Shown here: piece after piece, positions 7,710 through 16,654 of the stretch
How the letters are laid out: each line of letters starts with the position of its first letter
How positions within the stretch are numbered: position 1 is the stretch's first letter
NCBI GenBank assembly: GCA_963664325.2
Contig: CAXXDQ010000008.1
Location: 1 to 64,000, forward strand
Reading direction: 5' to 3'
Length of the DNA: 64,000 bases
Source of the DNA: Desulfomonilia bacterium
Lineage (GTDB): Bacteria > Desulfobacterota > Desulfomonilia > UBA1062
Made by a program: the position numbers and the translations under genes
Notes under the pieces: model-generated
The model's input: the letters and a program-made list of their open reading frames with translations, nothing else
Told to the model about the DNA's origin: nothing
Databases searched by the model: none

Positions 7710-8927
7710 ATGAAATTAAATGAAATCGGCATGACCAACCAGGAACTGAAGGAAACCGTAAAAAAGTACATGATCGATACGTACGAGCGTTTCGATTTTA
7801 TCGCCGAGACCGGTAAGGGCATGTATCTGTTTGACGAAAATGGAGAAAAGTACCTGGACTTTTATGCAGGAATTGCGGTCAATAGTACGGGAAACGGTAA
7901 TGAAAAGGTTATTGCCGCGATCAAAGATCAAGCCGAGGATATTATCCATACCTTTAATTATCCGTACACCGTTCCCCAAGCGGTCCTGGCCAGGCTAATC
8001 TGTGAGACGATTGGCATGGAAAAGATTTTTTTTCAAAATTCCGGTACGGAAGCCAACGAAGCCATGATCAAAATGGCAAGAAAATATGGCGTTGATCATT
8101 TCGGGCCGGAAAAATATCATATTGTAACGGCTAAGCTGGGGTTTCACGGACGGACTTACGGAGCATTGTCGGCAACCGGTCAACCCGATAATGCCTTACA
8201 GAATGGATTAAAACCCATGCTCCCCGGATTTTCATATGCGGATTTCAATGATCTGCAATCCTTTAAAGACGCCTGCACCGACAACACCATCGCAATCCTG
8301 ATTGAGCCCATTCAAGGGGAAGGCGGTGTTTATCCGGCAACGGTCGAATTTATGCAGGGACTTCGCGAGTTGTGTGATGAAAAGGGTATGCTTTTTCTCA
8401 TCGATGAAATACAGACAGGATGGTGCAGAACCGGAAAGATCATGGGTTACATGCACTATGGCATTAAGCCGGATATTGTCTCGATGGCCAAGGCCATGGG
8501 CGGTGGCATGCCGATTGGCGCCATCTGCACAACGAATGAGATCGCCAAGGTTTTTTCCGTGGGGTCCCATGGAAGCACCTACGGAGGGAATCCCGTCTGC
8601 TGTGCAGCGTCGTATGCGCAAATTAACGAGTTGCTGGGCAGGAACTTGGCTGAAAATGCCGAAAAAATGGGAGCATATTTAAAAAGCAAACTGGCCTTGC
8701 TGCCCAATGTCAAAGAAGTAAGAGGAAAAGGACTGCTGGTCGGCGTTGAGTTTGAAGGAATCAACAGCGTGGATATCAAACATGCCTGTCTTGACCGGAA
8801 GCTTTTGGTAACCTCCATTGGCACCAATATCATTCGGATGGTGCCCCCGCTCATTCTGACGCAAGATGATTGCGACAGAGCTTTCGAGATCATCCATGAA
8901 GCGGTAATGTCTGCATTGTCGCGATAG
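7710..8927 (+). CDS. argD: Class III PLP aminotransferase (acetylornithine aminotransferase-like)
   Basis: NSGTEANE, FHGRT, EPIQGEGG, DEIQTG, AKAMGGG, HGSTYGGNP. Confidence 0.75.
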   Translation: MKLNEIGMTNQELKETVKKYMIDTYERFDFIAETGKGMYLFDENGEKYLDFYAGIAVNSTGNGNEKVIAAIKDQAEDIIHTFNYPYTVPQAVLARLICETIGMEKIFFQNSGTEANEAMIKMARKYGVDHFGPEKYHIVTAKLGFHGRTYGALSATGQPDNALQNGLKPMLPGFSYADFNDLQSFKDACTDNTIAILIEPIQGEGGVYPATVEFMQGLRELCDEKGMLFLIDEIQTGWCRTGKIMGYMHYGIKPDIVSMAKAMGGGMPIGAICTTNEIAKVFSVGSHGSTYGGNPVCCAASYAQINELLGRNLAENAEKMGAYLKSKLALLPNVKEVRGKGLLVGVEFEGINSVDIKHACLDRKLLVTSIGTNIIRMVPPLILTQDDCDRAFEIIHEAVMSALSR

Positions 8928-8932
8928 ACAAA

Positions 8933-8997
8933 ACCTCCCCGGCCCGATGGGGCATCCAGTCTTTGCACCGGATGCCCGATCGGGCGGGAATGACAAT
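8933..8997. repeat. Degenerate palindromic intergenic repeat
   Basis: CCCGATGGGGCATCC..GGATGCCCGATCGGGCGGGAATGAC; a related GTCATGCCCGAC..CGGGCATCC occurs at ~13697. Confidence 0.4.
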
Positions 8998-9127
8998 TCT
9001 TGCGCTTTTTTTGTTGCCTGGGGAATCATTGTGTCGTAAGTTCAAAACGGCGTCGATAAATCCCACGCGACACGTCATGCAGGCATAGCGCGCGTTGGAC
9101 GACGGCCGCATTCAGAAAAGGAGATTC

Positions 9128-9319
9128 ATGGACGGATCCGATGTATCAATGGTGATCGGGGTTTTGCTTGGCGTGGTCGTCAGCTTTGTCATAAGCCGGT
9201 GGTGGAATAAGAGAAAGAAGGAGCAAGAGCGCCGGCATGGCATTGATGTTTCGTTGAGCAAACAGATATTTCCCGACACAGCCAATCGTCACAAAAAAAG
9301 CAAGCGCAAGAAACGATGA
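9128..9319 (+). CDS. Small single-TM membrane protein
   Basis: AGGAG RBS; hydrophobic helix followed by a basic tail. Confidence 0.5.
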   Translation: MDGSDVSMVIGVLLGVVVSFVISRWWNKRKKEQERRHGIDVSLSKQIFPDTANRHKKSKRKKR

Positions 9320-9355
9320 GGACGCAGCCATCATGACGCTATCCGGCCTTCGCGA

Positions 9356-9604
9356 TCAAGACCCGGAATCGAGTTTTTTTAAAATTGGATCGTCCGCCGG
9401 AAATATATTCGTGGTTTCAGTTTCGTCATCAAAGATCAGGACCGCCAATCCTTTTTCCAGTTTTTCCTTTACCTGTCCAAAAAGCGTTTCCAGAGGAACC
9501 TCGATCGCGCCGTAATCGGTGCCGTTTCTGGTAATAAATTCCTCAATGACGCCTTTTAAGGCTTTTTTGCTGAGCTTATGGATGGGTATTTTATGGGTCG
9601 CCAT
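9356..9604 (-). CDS. yheU: YheU/UPF0270 family protein
   Basis: IP...LS..AL.GVIEEFITRNGTDYG..E..LE. Confidence 0.85.
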   Translation of the reverse strand: MATHKIPIHKLSKKALKGVIEEFITRNGTDYGAIEVPLETLFGQVKEKLEKGLAVLIFDDETETTNIFPADDPILKKLDSGS

Positions 9605-9662
9605 GTCGTTCCATCAAATCCGTCCCTAGAATTCTCCATCTACCCCTATTTACCTCGCACGG

Positions 9663-10781
9663 TCAGGCTAACTGGCGTTCCTTGCCAACACACCAAGAGA
9701 AAACTATACGCCCAACTCTCATCCATTCATCAATTACAGGACCAGAAATCATCTCAGCAACCTTAGGTATCGAGTATCGTTCTAGCTTATCTACTACGTT
9801 TTTTAAAATAGCCTCGCCGAAACCGGGCATGATAGCACATTTGCAGTTCTTTTCCTCTCCACAGCATTCCCCACCTTCAAGGCACGGACTTTTACATGTG
9901 CCAATTAAGCTGGAAATATCAGAAATAGAGTTAATCCAATACTGTCGGCATGTTTTGTCTTGCAATTTTAATATGTTGGCTATTTTTAAGCCATTCTTAA
10001 GATCTATATAAAATCTTGCCTCATGATCACAGCTTTCTATTTTGCCTAGTACACGAAGAGCTTCAACCCTTGACACTTCTTTTTCACATACTGATTCTAG
10101 TTGCGGTAAGGAAATCATGTTCTCGGCTTCCCGGCATAAAAGGGAAATCTGCCTGGTTGTAGTTTTATTATTATCGTCAATAGTAACGATCTTTTGTGCA
10201 ATTGTGCCTAAACCACTGCCAGGAAACCTTTTATCGCTGTCAACAACACACAGACAGAACCTCTCGTCTTCATCCTGTAACTTTTGATACAGGTCGACTG
10301 TTGTGGTCCCGCCTCCAAATTGTCCGTCAGAGCGTATTTTCATTTTTCCCATCTTATTTTTTGATGCGTAAACGCGCGCTACTATTTTATAGAATCGAAT
10401 ATCAAGCAAATTTTCACCAATCAATATTGTCTCTTGAATCATGGATGTGTCGGCAAATTTCCGTATCGGTACTGTGATAACTCTTTGGCCATTTACTATG
10501 TCAACGGTAGCTTCCCCATCAGGCATCACTTGTACAAAATCACTGGCGCTATGCTTTAGATTGCCGTATTCAGGGGCTTGTTCTCTGCATTTTCTTATTG
10601 AAGCTAAATTGGCGGGCGAAATGAATGATAACCCAGATAGACGCTGAAGCAATTCTCTACTTCCAACCAGTATGTGCTTTCCTTCTCTTGCGGCTGTTGC
10701 TATATTTTCTATAGCCGTTGCTATACTTTCAAAAAAATCATCTGTTTTATCATTTAGCGTATCATGAAGTACGAAGAGCAT
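9663..10781 (-). CDS. Putative TOPRIM-fold nuclease (OLD/AriB-like motifs) with a C-terminal Cys cluster
   Basis: ILIGENLLD, GGG, CVVDSD and REAEN motifs in TOPRIM order; 3 bp downstream of the ATPase; AT-rich. Confidence 0.6.
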   Translation of the reverse strand: MLFVLHDTLNDKTDDFFESIATAIENIATAAREGKHILVGSRELLQRLSGLSFISPANLASIRKCREQAPEYGNLKHSASDFVQVMPDGEATVDIVNGQRVITVPIRKFADTSMIQETILIGENLLDIRFYKIVARVYASKNKMGKMKIRSDGQFGGGTTTVDLYQKLQDEDERFCLCVVDSDKRFPGSGLGTIAQKIVTIDDNNKTTTRQISLLCREAENMISLPQLESVCEKEVSRVEALRVLGKIESCDHEARFYIDLKNGLKIANILKLQDKTCRQYWINSISDISSLIGTCKSPCLEGGECCGEEKNCKCAIMPGFGEAILKNVVDKLERYSIPKVAEMISGPVIDEWMRVGRIVFSWCVGKERQLA

Positions 10782-10784
10782 TTC

Positions 10785-12368
10785 CTATTCTTCTTCTGCC
10801 TCAAAAAAACCAAAAGGCCAATTTTGCAGATACCCATCTTTACTATACGACGCCAAAGATACTTCAGTACTATCGTTTGGTCCCCTCTTCTCAAACAAGA
10901 CAATATTGACGTCTTGACAAGATAGGTTGCCTCTGGCGATTTGATTACCAAGTCTATTTATGATTGCCTCGCTGTGGGTTTCCACTATGAGTTTTAGTTG
11001 GATCTTTTTTTCTTTTGCCTGTTTGATTGCAGCAATGAGCAAGTCTGCAACCTTCGCCTGTAGACTTGGATGTAAGTGCAATTCAGGTTGTTCAATCGTA
11101 AATATGTTTGCAGCCGAAACCTTCCTGCGCGAAAGGATACGGGGATTAAGAATAGACCACAATTGTGCCACAATAGGAAGTATTTGAGAGAAACCGAATC
11201 CACTGTCCGCCAGATTGTATTTGTTCGATCCTTCTTGTTCCTGCAAGAATACTGCGAGATGTCCTTCTGAATCTTTGACGGAAACACGAAACTTAAGGTT
11301 CTCGATGGTCCATTCTTGAAAAGAATTCATTTCGCCCGCACTGAGACCGCCCAAGTACATGGCCAGATTCTGACCTTTATAATCTACCTCGTCAATCCCA
11401 AGATCCTGCTTTCGATAATATCTTTCAGCCGTTGCCCTGATGGGAGCTATCGATCTAACATTATGTGCTACTCTGCTTAATTCCTCGTCTGCGATTAAGA
11501 GAATGCCGGGCACGATTGAGGCTATTGCCAGGTTTCTAATCTTTGTCATGAAGATATTGCCAGCAAGGGCTTGCACATTCGATTGAAAAACACTTCCAGC
11601 AGGGATGCTAAGAAGGCTCTGATAAAATTGGGGAAGAGGCTCAATGGTGATGCGGTTAACAATATTATTACGTTTACTTGGGGCAGTATTTCCATGGAAA
11701 AGGCTTGAGGTGGCTTTCACTAACGCTGCTTGCGTAGCGATGTCAACTCCCCCATAAACATAAGAGTAATAATCCCTTCTCTTATCAACAAATTCTGGCA
11801 ATTTTTTGGTCGTAATTACTGGAATAGTCTTTCCCATTGCAAGCGTCACATATTCTTGCGTTAGAGATATTATGTCTAGATCATTGACTAGGAACGCATT
11901 AACTTTATCCCCATCATCAAACGAAAGATTAATTTTATCATCACCAACAGTCAAAACGATACTGCTAAAACGCGCTGTATCCTGCGGACAAACCAACGTC
12001 AGTTCCACGCTCGCAGTAATATCACTTAGCGAAGCAAGCCGTTTTTTGATGTGACGGAAGTACCAATGTGATGGAGAAACGTCTTCCAGTAAATCACTAG
12101 TGAGACCGAATGAGAACTCAAGTACGATTTCTTGTGGGTCGGCATTATACCTCAGAGCTTCTTTAAAGCTCCCATAATCAACGTATTGCCCGTACCACAA
12201 GAACGGACTTCTTGTTCGGACTTCATTACTCTGACGTAAGAGTGAGAAAAAACGTAAGAAACTGCTTTTCCCAGAACTATTCTTACCAACGAGGGCTGTA
12301 ATAGGTTTTAGTTCTATAATACCAGAGTCCCGAATGCTTTTCAGGTTAGCAATTCTGACTGTGTCCAC
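10785..12368 (-). CDS. ABC-type AAA ATPase (AAA_15/21) with C-terminal DUF3696-like domain
   Basis: Walker A GKNSSGKS; signature DSGFGFSQ; Walker B IEQPELHLHP; H-loop VETHSE; C-terminal NWPFGFF; GTG start with GAGGAGG RBS. Confidence 0.88.
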   Translation of the reverse strand: MDTVRIANLKSIRDSGIIELKPITALVGKNSSGKSSFLRFFSLLRQSNEVRTRSPFLWYGQYVDYGSFKEALRYNADPQEIVLEFSFGLTSDLLEDVSPSHWYFRHIKKRLASLSDITASVELTLVCPQDTARFSSIVLTVGDDKINLSFDDGDKVNAFLVNDLDIISLTQEYVTLAMGKTIPVITTKKLPEFVDKRRDYYSYVYGGVDIATQAALVKATSSLFHGNTAPSKRNNIVNRITIEPLPQFYQSLLSIPAGSVFQSNVQALAGNIFMTKIRNLAIASIVPGILLIADEELSRVAHNVRSIAPIRATAERYYRKQDLGIDEVDYKGQNLAMYLGGLSAGEMNSFQEWTIENLKFRVSVKDSEGHLAVFLQEQEGSNKYNLADSGFGFSQILPIVAQLWSILNPRILSRRKVSAANIFTIEQPELHLHPSLQAKVADLLIAAIKQAKEKKIQLKLIVETHSEAIINRLGNQIARGNLSCQDVNIVLFEKRGPNDSTEVSLASYSKDGYLQNWPFGFFEAEEE

Positions 12369-12529
12369 CGGAGCACCTCCTCATAACATTCTACTGGTAT
12401 TATCAGTTATTTTGCATCGCTCTGCATCAGTCCAATGTTTACAATATGTGCATTTATACCGACCAACATTTGATAAACCATACGCCGAGTCACAATTAAG
12501 AAATTTTTGAATAATGGGATCGGGGTTTC

Positions 12530-12650
12530 TCACCTCTCCAAATCCCTTCCAAACCAGATTACTTTCCCATTAATCCGGACCTGATCAGGAGTTGCCTCTA
12601 TTGGTTCATATTGCTTATTATCACTGATGATTCTAAGTTTTCCTTCATTA
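12530..12650 (-). pseudogene. C-terminal fragment of a phage cI-like repressor (S24 domain)
   Basis: GKLRIISDNKQYEP...INGKVIWFGR; no HTH-encoding 5' part. Confidence 0.7.
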
Positions 12651-12791
12651 TATTTATTTAAATTTAATAAGTTATATCGATTACAACCTAAAATTACCAT
12701 CAAAATGGTATGAACCGATTTTATCGGTTTATAAGCCTTATCCATAAGCCGGGCAGTTTTAGACATCAATCCCAAAATATGGAAGGCAACC

Positions 12792-13028
12792 ATGACCCCA
12801 GGCAAAATTCAAGGCAAGCTCAAAGATCGCGGCGTTACTCAAAAGGACATCGCCAATGAGCTTGGCATTGCCGAAATCAACATATCAAGAGTTATTCATC
12901 GGAAAACCGTCTCATACCGGATCATGAGGGCCGTAGCGGAAAAAATCGGAAAAGAGCCCTGGGACGTCTTTCCGGAATACTATTTAAGAGCGCCGAAAAG
13001 AAAAACCAGCAAGACGGCTGTAGCCTGA
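12792..13028 (+). CDS. ner: Mu-like Ner/Nlp DNA-binding protein
   Basis: IQGKLKDRGVTQKDIANELG...AVAEKIGKEPWDVFPEYY; divergent from the cI fragment. Confidence 0.75.
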   Translation: MTPGKIQGKLKDRGVTQKDIANELGIAEINISRVIHRKTVSYRIMRAVAEKIGKEPWDVFPEYYLRAPKRKTSKTAVA

Positions 13029-13084
13029 TAAAAACGGCGCCTCAAATGAGGCTCATTAATAACCCTAATTAAGAGGATAAGTCA

Positions 13085-13393
13085 ATGACAAAACGAAAGG
13101 TTTTTTTAGATACGCAAACAGTTTTTGACTTTGAATCCCCCGTCGAAGCCTACATCCAATTATGCCAACAGTTGACCAAGGACGAACCGATCCCCGGCGA
13201 AACCAAGGAATTCAGATATGAAGAATACTGTATTGGCATCGCCGCCGCCGTCAAAAAAGCGATCCGTTTATGCGGCCTTTCCAGGGAGCAGCTTATTGAT
13301 GCTGTGAACGATTTATTCGGTTGGCCGAAAGACGACAAACGTAAATCCCTGTCCATCCACACCCTCTTTGCAGAAATACGGTCTATGAAATGA
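13085..13393 (+). CDS. Phage early regulatory protein, probably 3'-truncated
   Basis: Follows ner; AVKKAIRLCGLSREQLIDAVN helix motif. Confidence 0.5.
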   Translation: MTKRKVFLDTQTVFDFESPVEAYIQLCQQLTKDEPIPGETKEFRYEEYCIGIAAAVKKAIRLCGLSREQLIDAVNDLFGWPKDDKRKSLSIHTLFAEIRSMK

Positions 13394-13489
13394 AAAATCG
13401 TGATGGCCGTTTCATGTCCACCTCCGTCACTGCGTGTCACCTCCGCCGGCGGAGGACATGAGAGGAATTCCTTCTGTCAATGGCATGGA

Positions 13490-13661
13490 AAACGACCTCA
13501 TACTGACCTGCTAATATGGGTGAAAAATCGGGTCGAAAAATTTTTCTCATTTTAGGTGAGATAACTTATCGATTTTATGGAGAAATTAAAAATTGCGTCG
13601 AGAATTGACGTAATTTTGAAAAAACCGCCATTTTGGGGCGAAAAATATTAGGTTCGTAACA
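13490..13661. mobile_element. Probable terminus of a transposable (Mu-like) element
   Basis: AT-rich segment ending GGTTCGTAACA (TGTTACGAACC on the minus strand), with a TCTCA-N7-TGAGA inverted motif. Confidence 0.4.
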
Positions 13662-13853
13662 GGCAGGCTTCCATGCCGTTGAATGAGGCACTTTTTGTCA
13701 TGCCCGACTGTTCTTGCCGGGCATCCGGACTTTGTATCCTTTATACCCTGAATACCCCAATGATGCCGCTTTATGTGCAGGGATGCTTTTCAAACCCGCC
13801 CGTAGCTTCAAATATGCCCCTACCTGCACGTCATGATTCCGGTGAGGAATCTT

Positions 13854-15137
13854 TTATCTCATATCCTCTCCCCATCCGGGCAGTTTCTCAACCTCCGGGG
13901 CATGGTAAAGGACCCTGTCCCGGTAGAGGGACGCAATGCGATCTGCCGGGTAGCCCAGTTCCTTCATCAGGACCTCCCGGTTATGCTGCCCCAGAAACGG
14001 GGCGTAACCGCGGATTTTCGAGGGCGTCTCGGAAAATTTCAGCGGGCTGCCGAACATTTTCATGGGACCCAGGAATGGCTGATCAATGCAGGGGCTCATC
14101 TCCCGGGCCGTGATGTGGGGATCCATGGTGGCCAGTTCCGCGACATTTTTTACCCGGGAACAGGGAATGCCGATGGTATCCAGCTGGCGTTCCACCTCCT
14201 CCACGGAGGCCTGGGACAAGACCCATGACTCCACGGCTTCATGGATGATGACCGTATTCTCGGGCATGCTGCGCGTCGGGACATCGACGGTCCGGGGATC
14301 CGTCTTCAGCCAGGCAAAGGGTGCCCCCATGAGGTCCACGAGCTGGGGCCAACGGCTTTCCGTCAGGCTCGCAATGGCGATGAAGCCGTTCTGCCCTTTG
14401 TAAATGCCGTATGGCGCGGAAGAATTGCTCTTCTGGCCCGTCCGGTACGTCTTGAGCGGATTGCCCAGAGCCTCGCCGATCCAGTACCAGGGCAGGGCAT
14501 GCTCGTGAAGCGAAAACAGGCAGTCCACCATGGAGATGTCGATGTTCTGCCCTTCCCCCGTCACCACCTTATGATGCAAAGCGGCGAGCATGGCCGTGCA
14601 GGCATGCATGGACGCCGTGGTGTCGCCGATGGAAACGGGGCCCATGATGGGCGGGTCGCTCTGACCCACCCATCCGCTGGCCGCCTGGGCGATGACGTCG
14701 TATCCCGGTTTGCTGCTGAAAGGGCCCCAGTGCCCGAAGCAGGAGATGGAGCAATAAATGATGTCCGGCTTGATTTCCCGGACCGACTCATAATCCAGTT
14801 GCAGGCGGTCCATGACGCCGGGCGCAAAATTTTCGATCAGGATATCCGTTTTTTCAAGAAGTTCCCGGATAATCGTGACCCCCCGGGGATGCTTGAGGTC
14901 GAGACAGATGCTCTTCTTCCCCCGGTTGACGTTGATATGGTAAGAACTCTGGATGACCCCGTCATGCTCGACCCGGGTATTTTGCCATCGCTCATTGGCG
15001 CCATCCCCGTATCGTTCCACTTTGATGACATTGGCCCCCATGTCGGCGAGGGTCTTCGTGGCATGCGGTCCGGCCAGGACCCAGGTAAAATCAAGGACGG
15101 TTACGTCCGAAAGGGCGCCTTCCTTCGTTTTTCCCAT
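13854..15137 (-). CDS. Class III CoA-transferase (CaiB/BaiF, BbsF-like)
   Basis: LDFTWVLAGP, NRGKKSI.LDLK, ENFAPG, GYDVIAQA, catalytic IGD, APFLGQHN. Confidence 0.92.
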   Translation of the reverse strand: MGKTKEGALSDVTVLDFTWVLAGPHATKTLADMGANVIKVERYGDGANERWQNTRVEHDGVIQSSYHINVNRGKKSICLDLKHPRGVTIIRELLEKTDILIENFAPGVMDRLQLDYESVREIKPDIIYCSISCFGHWGPFSSKPGYDVIAQAASGWVGQSDPPIMGPVSIGDTTASMHACTAMLAALHHKVVTGEGQNIDISMVDCLFSLHEHALPWYWIGEALGNPLKTYRTGQKSNSSAPYGIYKGQNGFIAIASLTESRWPQLVDLMGAPFAWLKTDPRTVDVPTRSMPENTVIIHEAVESWVLSQASVEEVERQLDTIGIPCSRVKNVAELATMDPHITAREMSPCIDQPFLGPMKMFGSPLKFSETPSKIRGYAPFLGQHNREVLMKELGYPADRIASLYRDRVLYHAPEVEKLPGWGEDMR

Positions 15138-15161
15138 GTTAACGGTCTCTCCTTCTCCGGT

Positions 15162-16634
15162 TCAGTACCAGGAGCGTTTTTCCCTGAAGATGCCCCTGGT
15201 CGAGCCCTCGTAGGGGATGCCGGCCAGTTTCTTGGCGATGTTTTTGGAATGCTCGATGTTGTGGTCGCGATAGATGGCGACTTTCTCGATGACCGGCGAA
15301 CCGCCGCCATGGAGAGCATCGATCAGCTTATGGCCGCCCCAGACGGAAGACATCATATCCTGGAACAGACGGAACGCCCGGTGCTGGTTTTCCGCCGAGA
15401 TATCGGGATTCCGCATAATGTACTTCTCCAGGTAAGGCCCGATCTTCTCATCATAGAAATCCTCTTCATGGGGAAGCGTGGCCGCAAGTCCTCCGGCGAT
15501 GGCCGCCAGGGCTTCGTATTCCCCGTAAATCGCTTCCCCGGCCAGCATCCGGCCCGCATTGCAGTAGTTCGTGTCGGGAATGGCCGTACCGGAACCGGCC
15601 TTTGTGTAATTCGTGGCTGCGGCAATGCCGGCGGCAAAGATCAGGTCCACGATCTGGATCATTTCCGCCAGTTGATGGCGCACATGCTGGGCGTTCGCGA
15701 TGCCGTTATACTCCGCCGCCAGGGCCGTGGCGCCCGTGAAAATCTCCGAAAGGGCGGCCTTGCAGCCGCAGTAGCTGTGCCGATGGTACAGGGCGAAGAA
15801 AAGGGCCGCCTTGCCCGCCTGCTCCGTTTCTCCGCAGAGGAACACCCGTTCCCACGGGACGAAGACCTTGTCGAAGACCGTGAGGGAGTGAGAGATCCCG
15901 AGCTTATTGTAAGGCGCATCCAGCTTCTTGCGCGGCGGCGGCGAGAAAGCGCCGTTGATGATCGTCACGCCTTCCCAGTCGGCGGGAATCGAAAAAGCCA
16001 CGGCCCAGTCTCCCTCATCGGCCACCATGTTCCGGGTCGGCAGGGCGATGATCTCGTCCGCATAGGCGGAGCAGGAATTATGGGCTTTGGCGCCGTTGAC
16101 GATAATGCCGTCGGCCCGCTTTTCTACGACCCGGAGGTAGAGATCGGGGTCCTGCTGCTTCCCCGGCCGCCAGGGGCGGTTCCCCTTTACGTCCGTCTGG
16201 GCGCAGACCAGGGAAAGATCCTCGGCCTGCACTTTTTTCATGAATTCGATGAAATTTTTGTGATAGCTCGTGCCGTGTTTTTCATCGGCATCATAACTGG
16301 CGATGGACAGGGCGTTCAGGCCGTCGATGCCCATGCAGCGCTGGATGCAGCCGCCCACTTCCTGGCAGTACAGGCGGGTCATTTTCTGCTTGTTCAGGAG
16401 GTCTTCCATGGTCTGATGGATATGGGTAAAGCGGTTGATCCGTTCCCCCGTGATATGGGATGTCGCCACGCCGACGCCGTTGAAATCGGGTGCGGCGGCA
16501 AAATCGTACGTGGCGGCCATGACATGGATACCCCCCAGAATGGAGGGATCGAAACGGTCCACCAGCTTGCCCCGCTGGAAAACGTTCGGTTTGAGTTTAG
16601 CGATTCTTTCCTTATACTGATCACCTGTAATCAT
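15162..16634 (-). CDS. 4-hydroxybutyryl-CoA dehydratase (AbfD)-like FAD/[4Fe-4S] protein
   Basis: CIQRCMGID and HRHSYCGCK cluster-ligand motifs, QTDVKG, HGGGSP. Confidence 0.8.
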   Translation of the reverse strand: MITGDQYKERIAKLKPNVFQRGKLVDRFDPSILGGIHVMAATYDFAAAPDFNGVGVATSHITGERINRFTHIHQTMEDLLNKQKMTRLYCQEVGGCIQRCMGIDGLNALSIASYDADEKHGTSYHKNFIEFMKKVQAEDLSLVCAQTDVKGNRPWRPGKQQDPDLYLRVVEKRADGIIVNGAKAHNSCSAYADEIIALPTRNMVADEGDWAVAFSIPADWEGVTIINGAFSPPPRKKLDAPYNKLGISHSLTVFDKVFVPWERVFLCGETEQAGKAALFFALYHRHSYCGCKAALSEIFTGATALAAEYNGIANAQHVRHQLAEMIQIVDLIFAAGIAAATNYTKAGSGTAIPDTNYCNAGRMLAGEAIYGEYEALAAIAGGLAATLPHEEDFYDEKIGPYLEKYIMRNPDISAENQHRAFRLFQDMMSSVWGGHKLIDALHGGGSPVIEKVAIYRDHNIEHSKNIAKKLAGIPYEGSTRGIFREKRSWY

Positions 16635-16654
16635 AATTTTAAGCTCCTTGTTGT

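Noticed and set aside
12370-12530. attC or retron-like ncRNA upstream of the ATPase (GTTATGA on the minus strand)
   Set aside because: No convincing attC arms or long inverted repeats, and no RT gene nearby
12650-12805. N-terminal part of the 91-aa ORF
   Set aside because: It is AT-rich operator/promoter DNA between cI and ner; only the C-terminal S24 fragment is credible
15162-16634. 4-hydroxyphenylacetate 3-monooxygenase (HpaB) call
   Set aside because: Fe-S ligand motifs and the anaerobic CoA-transferase context favour an AbfD-like dehydratase
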